From: Gammaproteobacteria bacterium
GTDB lineage: Bacteria; Pseudomonadota; Gammaproteobacteria; UBA5335; SLRW01
Length of the DNA stretch: 64,000 nucleotides
Direction: 5' to 3'
Assembly (NCBI GenBank): GCA_035638695.1
Contig: DASQZM010000016.1
Coordinates: 24,035-88,034, forward strand
In this document: positions 57,384 to 64,000 of the stretch, one piece after another
How positions within the stretch are numbered: the first letter of the stretch is position 1
Layout of the letters: the number at the start of each line of letters is the position of its first letter
Position numbers and translations under genes: made by a program
Notes under the pieces: model-generated
Database searches by the model: none
Told to the model about the DNA's origin: nothing
What the model saw: only the letters and a program-made list of their open reading frames with translations

Positions 57384-57851
57384 TCAGGCGGTCGGCCGGT
57401 ACGCCTCCACGAACTCCGGCGGCATCCGCGCCGGCTTCCCGCGCTTGAGGTCCATGCACACCCACTGGGTCTTCGCCCGCAGCACGGTGCGCCGGTCCTG
57501 CTCACGAATGAGCTGGTAATAGCGCTTGAGTCCGATGCGCGAGGGCTCGGCGATCCAGGTGCTGGCCAGGATGCGGTCGCCCTCGAAGCAAGCCGCAAGA
57601 TAATCGATCTCGTGCCGTCGTGCCACCATGGCCCGGTTGAGGCGGTGATAGACGTTCCAGTCGATGCCACAGGACTGCGAGTGCGCCCACGCCACTTGCT
57701 CCATCCAGCGCAGGTAGACGCCGTTGTTGACGTGATCCAGCACGTCGATGTCGTCGGTGCTCGCCCGCACCCGGATCACGAACGGGTTCGGGTAGTCCCA
57801 CTCGAGCCCGGCGAATTCCTCCTCCGGGACGACCTGTGGCTCGCTGCTCAT
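57384..57851 (-). CDS. 4HBT/YbgC-type acyl-CoA thioesterase
   Basis: Hotdog-fold pattern DDIDVLDHVNNGVYLRWMEQ. ATG at 57851 is preceded by GGAGG; the track TTG at 57860 is the alternative. Confidence 0.8.
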   Translation of the reverse strand: MSSEPQVVPEEEFAGLEWDYPNPFVIRVRASTDDIDVLDHVNNGVYLRWMEQVAWAHSQSCGIDWNVYHRLNRAMVARRHEIDYLAACFEGDRILASTWIAEPSRIGLKRYYQLIREQDRRTVLRAKTQWVCMDLKRGKPARMPPEFVEAYRPTA

Positions 57852-57870
57852 GCGCCGCAACGCCTCCGGC

Positions 57871-58731
57871 TCAGGAGAACTTGCGCTCCTCCCACCAGGG
57901 ATAGAAGTCCGGCAGGTCCCGGCTCGGCTTCATGGTGAACCTCGCCGGGCGCTTTTCCAGGAAGGACTCCACGCCCTCGCGGGCGTCGGCCGACTGGCCC
58001 ATGAAACCGATCGCGCGCGAGTCGATCTTGTGCGCCTCCATGGGATGGTCCGCGCCCAGCATGCGCCACATCATCTGGCGGTTCAGCGCCACCGAGATCG
58101 CGGAGGTCTTCCCGGCGATCTCGCCCGCCAGCCTGCGCGCCGCCGGCATCAGCTCGTCGGGCTCGTGCAGGCTGCGCACCAGGCCGCCGCGCAGCGCCTC
58201 CTCGGCATCGAACACGCGCCCGGTATAGACCCACTCGGCCGCCTGCTGCATGCCCACCAGACGCGGGAGGAACCAGCTCGAGCAGGCCTCCATGGTGATC
58301 CCGCGCTGGGCGAAGACGAAGCCGAAGCGGGCTTTCTTCGAGGCCAGGCGGATGTCCATGGGAAGCTGCATGGTGATGCCCACGCCCACGGCGGCGCCGT
58401 TGACCGCGGCGATCACCGGCTTTTTCGACTCGTAGATCCGCAGCGAGACCATGCCGCCGCCGTCGCGATCCCTGTTGCCCAGCGCCTCCTCGGCCCGCTT
58501 GCTGCGGTCGAAGGTATCGCCGCCCTTCTCCAGGTCGGCGCCGGCGCAGAAGGCCTTGCCCTCGCCGGTGACGATCACCGCGCGCACGTCGTCGTCGGCG
58601 TCGGCATGGTCGAAGGCGTCGATCAGCTCCCGCATCATGGCCGCGGTGAAGGCGTTCATGCGCTCGGGGCGGTGCAGGGTCAGGGTGAGGATGTTGTCTT
58701 CGACCTCGTACTTCAGCGTCTCGTAGCTCAC
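57871..58731 (-). CDS. enoyl-CoA hydratase/isomerase (crotonase) family protein
   Basis: VIVTGEGKAFCAGADL oxyanion-hole motif and PVIAAVNGAAVGVG. GTG start. Confidence 0.88.
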   Translation of the reverse strand: MSYETLKYEVEDNILTLTLHRPERMNAFTAAMMRELIDAFDHADADDDVRAVIVTGEGKAFCAGADLEKGGDTFDRSKRAEEALGNRDRDGGGMVSLRIYESKKPVIAAVNGAAVGVGITMQLPMDIRLASKKARFGFVFAQRGITMEACSSWFLPRLVGMQQAAEWVYTGRVFDAEEALRGGLVRSLHEPDELMPAARRLAGEIAGKTSAISVALNRQMMWRMLGADHPMEAHKIDSRAIGFMGQSADAREGVESFLEKRPARFTMKPSRDLPDFYPWWEERKFS

Positions 58732-58776
58732 AGGTCTGCTCCGGATGCAGGCTGGGTCGCCCGGCAGGGCGGTGTA

Positions 58777-59040
58777 CTGACCCGGTCAGAGGTAATACCG
58801 CATCTCAGCGCTCCTGCCGGTCTGTCTGGCAAGGCGCGAGGAGCGCAGTGCAGTGGCGCTACACGACCGACGGGCAACGCCGTCCCGACGGGGCGAGGCG
58901 AGCGCTCTGCGGGAGGGCGCGTGAGCGGCGATGACGGCGTTGCGCTCGCTCGTCGGGGCAAAGCTACGCCTTCGCTCCCGCGCCTTGTCCTCCCCAGCCA
59001 CGCGCTCTCCGAGACGTGGCATTACCTCGGACCGGGTTAG
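58777..59040. mobile_element. MITE-like element, copy 3 (264 bp)
   Basis: CTGACCCGGTCAGAGGTAATACC ... GGCATTACCTCGGACCGGGTTAG. A 112-nt central stretch differs from copy 1 at only 3 positions in my alignment. Lies between the crotonase start and the RHS gene. Confidence 0.8.
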
Positions 59041-59249
59041 TGAATGCGCGCCAGTATAGCAGCGGCGGGGTCGGGAGCCGAAACGGGACGCATCGCGTTG
59101 TCCCAGCACCCAGCATGGGTACTTTGACGAATCCTCGGGCTTTGTCTACGCTTTTTCCATAAAAGCAAATCATGACTAGCGCAAAGGAAATGCGCTCGCG
59201 TGATAAGGCCCCGCTTGGGGAAGGCAGACAGGGACGTTCGGGGGCCGGC

Positions 59250-62200
59250 ATGGATGCTTGGCGCTGCGCACGACGGGTGGTCTGCGCGTTGACCGCCCTG
59301 ATTATTCCGGCGACGTCGATCGCCGTTTCGGCGGATGACGGTCCGGACCGGAACTACGCTCATGCACTCTGGCTTGCGCGCGGCAGACGGGTGCTTCGGC
59401 TGCCCGTAAACGCGGGCGATAGCGACCTGGAGATCGACAACGCGGCGCCTGTCTCGCGGCTGGCGCTGGACCGGGAGCGCGGCCGTCTTTGGATCTATAC
59501 CGGCGGGAACCTTGCCGCCTTCGACTTCGACGGCAGGCGACTGCACCAGACGAGAGTGGTCTCCGCCGCCCAGGCCGCGTGGGATCGCCTGCCATTGCCG
59601 CATCCGTTTCTCCACTTGGCGCTACGGCCGGATCACGGTCTGTGGCTCGTGCGGGGCCGGTCGCTGGTGCTCGTCGCTCCGGACGATACCATCGAGGCAC
59701 GCAAGCAGCTGGACGAAGGGGTGCTCGACGCCGCTGCCGATCCGGAGACGCGTCGCCTGTGGCTCGCGGGTCCGTTCTCCGTGACGGCCTACGATCAGGC
59801 CGGCAACAGGGCCGCGCATCTGTCCACGTTCCCGCACCCGGTGCGCGCCGTCGCGCCCGGACCCGGAGGAGCGACGCTCTGGCTGGCGGGCCCCCCCGGC
59901 TTGCGCCTGGTCGACATGACTGGTGCTGTCCGGCAGCGGTATCCGTCCGTTCACGCGGATGACCTCGCGCGAGACGGACAAGGCGGTTTGTGGGCGCTCT
60001 CGCGGCGGACCCTCTGGCGCATCGATCCGGCCGGGCAGGTCGTGGTGGTACGTCGGATGCGCCCGGTCCGCGGCCGAGGCTGGCGGCGCGGCTGGGCCGT
60101 CGACCCCGCCGACGGCACGTTATGGATGGCCACCGGGCCGATCGTGCGCCACATCGGAGGCGAAGGCTCGGTGCTCGGCCAAAAGACCCTCTCCAGCATG
60201 CCGCCGCGGCTGCTCGACCGCCTAAGCGGCATTGCAGTGTATGCGGACACGTTTCCGCCGACGCTGGAAGTGGCCTCGCCCGCGAACGGGGCTTTCCTGG
60301 CGACGCACCGACCGATGATCCGGCTTGGCTACGACGACAATGGTGTCGGGGCAGATCCGTCGTCCATCCGGGCGCAGAGCGCGGGCAACGCGCTTCCCGT
60401 GGACTGCAGCGGGGACCGGACCAGCGCGCAGTGCATGCCGGCACGAGAGATTCCCGACGGGGCGCTGGATCTCGCCGTGACCGTGGCGGACTTTGCCGGC
60501 AACCGGTCCCAGCCGGCCCACGTGTCCTTCACAGTGGACACGATCCCGCCGAAGATCACGGTGAGCTCGCCCGAGGACGGCGCCTGGACCAACGACCCGC
60601 AGCCGACGCTCGCCGGCAGCGTGTCCGAGCCGGCCACGCTCACGCTTGACGGCAGCCCACTAAACCTGGACGTGCGCCACGCCTTCCGTCAGCCACTGGA
60701 CCTGACCGAGGGCAGCAACGCCCTGCACCTGGTCGCGGCCGACCGCGCCGGCAATCGTGGAACGGCTGAGCTTACGGTCCACCTGGATACCGTTCCGCCC
60801 GATCCCGTGCCTGGGTCAGCACTCACCGTTGGCACGCCGAGCAACGGCCAAGTGACCCTCTCGGGCGAAAAGGGCAGTGTGCCCGCGGGGATCGAGGTTG
60901 TTGTCAGCAACCTGGATACGGGCGATCACGTAACCACCGACGCCAACGCCGGCGGGAGCTTCTCGGCCAGCATCGCCGCCAAGGCCGGCCAGAGTCTGGA
61001 GATCCAGGCGGTCGACCGCGCCGGCAACCTCAGCGAAGCTCTCGCCGAGCACGTCGGCCCGCCGGATCCGGCGAAGGTCGCCCCGAAGATCGATCCAACG
61101 GTCAGCGCGAGCATGGCGGAGACCACTGCCTTCCTCTACCAGGGGAGTGAGCCGGTGCAGACCGGTGTCGCCTCGGGCGCGATCGAAGCGCGCCGCGCGG
61201 CCGTCATCCGCGGCAAGGTCATTTCGCGGGACGGCACGCCCCTCCCCGGCGTTCTGGTCACGGTCCAGGGGCATCCGGAGCTGGGTCAGACCCTGACGCG
61301 CAAGGACGGGCGCTACGACCTCGCCGTCAACGGCGGCGGGGCGCTGGTTCTGCGCTACTCGCACCAGGGCTACCTGACTGCAAGGCGCCAGCTCCATGCG
61401 AAATGGCAGAGCTACCTGGAGTCCCCGACCGTGGCGCTTGTGAAGCCAGACGCGCATGTGACCCCGGTGTCGTTTGGTGATACCAGCGTCACCCAGTTGG
61501 TCGGGGGGAGTCTCGAGACCGACGCCGCCGGCAGGCGCCGCGCGATTGCCGTATTCGCGCCGGGCACGCAGGCGACCATGGAAATGCCGGATGGGAGCAC
61601 GCGCAGCCTGGGTGGAGGAGACGTCCGGATCACGGAATACACGGTTGGCGACAACGGTCGCAAGGCGATGCCGGCCCGTCTGCCCGACATGAGCGGCTAC
61701 ACTTACGCCGTAGACCTGAGCATTGACCAGGCGCAGACGGCGGGTGCCACCCGCATCGACTTCGACAAACCAGTGCGCCTTTATGTGCGTAACTTTCTCG
61801 GCTTCCCGGTCGGTGGCGCCGTCCCGCTGGGCTGGTACGACCCGACGCAAGCCCACTGGGTGCCCGCGGACAACGGCCGCATCGTCGGTGTGCTCTCCCT
61901 CGACACCGACGGCTGTGCGCTGCTGGATGTGGATGGCAGCGGTCAGCCTGCGAGCGGCGACGCGCTGGGGTCGCTCGGCATCGATCACGCCGAGAAGTGT
62001 CGTATCGGGCACCTGTACTCGGCCGGCCAGAGCTTCTGGCGCATGTCGGTTAGCCACTTCACCGTCTATGACAGCAACTGGCCCATAACCCTCCCGCCAG
62101 GATCCGCGCCACCCGAGGAAGCTCCGCACGCCGCCGGTCGCGGTAAGCTGGACAGCAACCGGGATAACCAGTGCCCGGGCTGCCGCATCAACGCACAGCC

Positions 62201-64000
62201 GCAAGTCCTGACCCAGAGCATTCCAATCGCTGGCACGGATTTGCAGCTCGTCTACAGCGGCGACCGAGCCAACGGGTATACGGTCGGTCGCTCGATCGAT
62301 ATTCCCGTTACGGGAGACACGGTCCCGGACTATCTGCTCAGCGCCGATGTAACGGTGAGGGTTGCCGGGCAGGCCGTGCATCGCCATTTTTCGCCGGATC
62401 CGGACCAGCACTTCGGATTCGTCTGGAACGGCCGGGACGCCTATCGCCGTAAGGTGTACGGCGCCTACAGGGCAACCGTGACGGTTTCCTATACTTATCC
62501 GTTGGTCTATCTGAGCGCCTTCACGGGTGGCGTGTCGTTTGATATGGCCCCACGCAAGCGACAGGAGATAGGTCCAACGTTTCTAACGACGGGTCGCACC
62601 TACTCCCTGAGTCGGACCTGGACCATCAAGCTGCAGCCGGATATCCCGGACAGCAACGCGCTCGGCGGCTGGATGTTGGACGTACATCATGCATACGACC
62701 CAGTGGGGCACGTGCTGGTCAAGGGGGACGGATCTCATCGCGGCGCCGGGTCGGTGGGGCTGGTGGTGAGTACCATTGCGGGTGGTGGCACCAGGTCCCC
62801 GGACAACGTGCCCGCCAAAGAGGCCAAGCTGAGCCAACCCACGGATCTCGCGGTCGACAGCGCCGGCAACTTGTTTATCGCAACATTCGAGGGGCTGATG
62901 GAAGTCACTTCCGACGGCCGAATCCACGAGCTCTCCCCCAACGTCCGGGGACCGAGCACAGTGGCGGTCGGGCCGGACGGAAATCTGTACGTCGGGTCCT
63001 ACGATGGCAATACGATGTACAGGCTACAACCGGATGTCGCGATCACCGCAATCGCAGGCAACGGCGACCATTGTCCCGACTCGTCCAGTGATTGCGGTAA
63101 CGGCGGACCCGCGATTGACGCCAGTCTCGACATCGAGGATATCGCCGTGGGCCATGACGATACGATCTACCTCATGCACGAGGACCACTTCTCGAGGCAG
63201 CAGCACCTCAAGGAGATCACCCCCGACGGGACATTGCACGATCTCCTCGCGTGGAGTGGCTCGCTCGCCTGCTGCCAGGCGAACAGGGTAGCGGCAGATC
63301 GCAACGGCGGGGTCTACTACGGTGGCTGGGAGGGTCCGGTCCTACGGAAGGGCCCGCACGATAAGACCAGCAATATTCGCCCGGCATCGCCGAATCTCAT
63401 CGCGGATTTTGCGCAGGGCCCGGACGGCTGGGTCTACGTGCTGGACGGATCGCGTATATGGAAGGTCGGCCCGGATGGGGCCGACGCGGTGATCGCGGGA
63501 TCCGGAGCAGCGTGTTTCAATGATCAGGACGGGTGCGGGGACGGGGGGCTGGCGCTGGATGCCGCCTTCGACGGTGACGGTGCGGGACGCCTGGCGGTTG
63601 CGCCGGATGGCGCCATCTACGTCACGGATCTCTATACCAATCGGGTTCGCAAGATCAGCCCGTCACTCCCCGGCCGAAGTAATGGCAAAATTCTCGTGCC
63701 CTCGCGGGATGGCAGCAAGCTGTTCTACTTTTCTCCCGATGGCCGTCACTTGCGCACTACCAGCGCGACCACGGGCGCGCTCGTCTACCGTTTCGGTTAC
63801 GACGACACCGGACGGCTGATCAGCATCACCGACGGCAGTGACAATGTAACCACGATCGGGCGCGACAGCGCTGGCCGAGCCACGGCAATCGTCGCGCCGG
63901 ACGGCGAGAAGACCACGCTGCAGATCAATGCGTCGGACCAGCTCGTACAAGTGACCGACCCGGCTGGAGCAAGCTGGAAGGCCGGTTACGAGGACAACGG
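59250..64000 (+). CDS. secreted RHS/YD-repeat, teneurin-like polymorphic-toxin scaffold protein, 3' end beyond window (>1,583 aa)
   Basis: I translated it by hand and found no stop from 59163 to 64000. Sec-type signal MDAWRCARRVVCALTALIIPATSIAVSA. Seven ~40-aa LW blades. Ig-like modules ending D-x-AGN. CarboxypepD_reg/TTR-like RGKVISRDGTPLPGVLVTVQGHPELGQTLTRKDGRYDL. NHL-type repeats (LSQPTDLAVDSAGNLFIA, VAVGPDGNLYVGS, LAVAPDGAIYVTD). YD repeats at the end (YRFGYDDTGRLISITDGSDNVTTIGRDSAGRATAIVAPDGEKTTLQ). In-frame ATGs at 59172 and 59190 are alternative starts. Confidence 0.85.
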   Translation, partial: MDAWRCARRVVCALTALIIPATSIAVSADDGPDRNYAHALWLARGRRVLRLPVNAGDSDLEIDNAAPVSRLALDRERGRLWIYTGGNLAAFDFDGRRLHQTRVVSAAQAAWDRLPLPHPFLHLALRPDHGLWLVRGRSLVLVAPDDTIEARKQLDEGVLDAAADPETRRLWLAGPFSVTAYDQAGNRAAHLSTFPHPVRAVAPGPGGATLWLAGPPGLRLVDMTGAVRQRYPSVHADDLARDGQGGLWALSRRTLWRIDPAGQVVVVRRMRPVRGRGWRRGWAVDPADGTLWMATGPIVRHIGGEGSVLGQKTLSSMPPRLLDRLSGIAVYADTFPPTLEVASPANGAFLATHRPMIRLGYDDNGVGADPSSIRAQSAGNALPVDCSGDRTSAQCMPAREIPDGALDLAVTVADFAGNRSQPAHVSFTVDTIPPKITVSSPEDGAWTNDPQPTLAGSVSEPATLTLDGSPLNLDVRHAFRQPLDLTEGSNALHLVAADRAGNRGTAELTVHLDTVPPDPVPGSALTVGTPSNGQVTLSGEKGSVPAGIEVVVSNLDTGDHVTTDANAGGSFSASIAAKAGQSLEIQAVDRAGNLSEALAEHVGPPDPAKVAPKIDPTVSASMAETTAFLYQGSEPVQTGVASGAIEARRAAVIRGKVISRDGTPLPGVLVTVQGHPELGQTLTRKDGRYDLAVNGGGALVLRYSHQGYLTARRQLHAKWQSYLESPTVALVKPDAHVTPVSFGDTSVTQLVGGSLETDAAGRRRAIAVFAPGTQATMEMPDGSTRSLGGGDVRITEYTVGDNGRKAMPARLPDMSGYTYAVDLSIDQAQTAGATRIDFDKPVRLYVRNFLGFPVGGAVPLGWYDPTQAHWVPADNGRIVGVLSLDTDGCALLDVDGSGQPASGDALGSLGIDHAEKCRIGHLYSAGQSFWRMSVSHFTVYDSNWPITLPPGSAPPEEAPHAAGRGKLDSNRDNQCPGCRINAQPQVLTQSIPIAGTDLQLVYSGDRANGYTVGRSIDIPVTGDTVPDYLLSADVTVRVAGQAVHRHFSPDPDQHFGFVWNGRDAYRRKVYGAYRATVTVSYTYPLVYLSAFTGGVSFDMAPRKRQEIGPTFLTTGRTYSLSRTWTIKLQPDIPDSNALGGWMLDVHHAYDPVGHVLVKGDGSHRGAGSVGLVVSTIAGGGTRSPDNVPAKEAKLSQPTDLAVDSAGNLFIATFEGLMEVTSDGRIHELSPNVRGPSTVAVGPDGNLYVGSYDGNTMYRLQPDVAITAIAGNGDHCPDSSSDCGNGGPAIDASLDIEDIAVGHDDTIYLMHEDHFSRQQHLKEITPDGTLHDLLAWSGSLACCQANRVAADRNGGVYYGGWEGPVLRKGPHDKTSNIRPASPNLIADFAQGPDGWVYVLDGSRIWKVGPDGADAVIAGSGAACFNDQDGCGDGGLALDAAFDGDGAGRLAVAPDGAIYVTDLYTNRVRKISPSLPGRSNGKILVPSRDGSKLFYFSPDGRHLRTTSATTGALVYRFGYDDTGRLISITDGSDNVTTIGRDSAGRATAIVAPDGEKTTLQINASDQLVQVTDPAGASWKAGYEDN

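Noticed and set aside
16729-59040. Whether the repeated ~265-bp sequences could be a CRISPR array or rRNA/tRNA-related repeats
   Set aside because: The copies are 40 kb and 1.5 kb apart, far longer than CRISPR repeats, have terminal inverted repeats, and no cas genes or spacer periodicity are present.
59100-59250. Low-GC leader of the RHS gene, inspected for a riboswitch (e.g. c-di-GMP class I, because of CGCAAAGG)
   Set aside because: I saw only a 5-bp stem (GCGCA/TGCGC) and none of the paired-helix/tetraloop-receptor architecture. It is more simply a promoter/5' UTR with alternative in-frame ATGs.
59302-62411. Minus-strand ORFs of 380 and 531 aa, the only long ORFs the track offers for 59-62.4 kb
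   Set aside because: They are shadows of the open-ended + frame, which carries a signal peptide and Ig-like, TTR-like, NHL and YD motifs. The antisense products are Arg/Pro/Gly-rich.
62400-64000. Apparent drop in G+C in the NHL/YD part of the RHS gene, which would suggest a mosaic or foreign origin
   Set aside because: I counted only five 60-nt lines by hand: 55, 55, 62 and 68 % here versus 73 % at 60001. The signal is patchy and the sample too small. It needs a proper sliding-window calculation before any claim.

Overview
This is a high-GC (roughly two-thirds G+C by eye) gammaproteobacterial chromosome segment. It is densely coded and mostly housekeeping, and several gene blocks follow orders I recall from Pseudomonas aeruginosa. 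Left to right: fetAB; divergent speE/speA; a tightly coupled PRTase-hydrolase-IDH-TraR/DksA operon; a poxB-like TPP enzyme; cysE; trxB; pncA-pncB; argH next to algZ-algR-hemCDXY; yqgE-ruvX-pyrR-pyrB-pyrC'(inactive type)-pyrK-like; tonB-like and gshB; pilG-pilH-pilI-pilJ-chpA-chpC with no pilK/chpB; gabD, a 2-hydroxyacid dehydrogenase and an aminotransferase; dsbB; olsB-olsA; acyl-CoA metabolism genes; and two tandem monohaem cytochromes c. I saw no rRNA, tRNA, CRISPR array or transposase gene.

The observations most worth a second look:
1. A very long + strand reading frame (59250 to the window end, 1,583 codons with no stop) is absent from the supplied ORF track because it never closes inside the window. 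It encodes a secreted protein with the order propeller / Ig-like / TTR-like / NHL / YD-repeat, i.e. an RHS, teneurin-like polymorphic-toxin scaffold. Its toxin tip and immunity gene would lie just beyond the window.
2. A ~265-bp MITE-like element with ~23-nt terminal inverted repeats and whole-length hairpin symmetry occurs three times. Two direct copies bracket a two-gene acyl-CoA module next to the RHS gene.
3. Smaller oddities:
- a PyrK-like flavoprotein coupled to an inactive-type dihydroorotase;
- a 119-nt convergent overlap between olsA and a small membrane-protein gene;
- a 145-nt nested inverted-repeat element;
- an AT-rich operator-like palindrome;
- two small high-GC3 ORFs.

Functional calls rest on motif recognition from memory. 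No database search was run.
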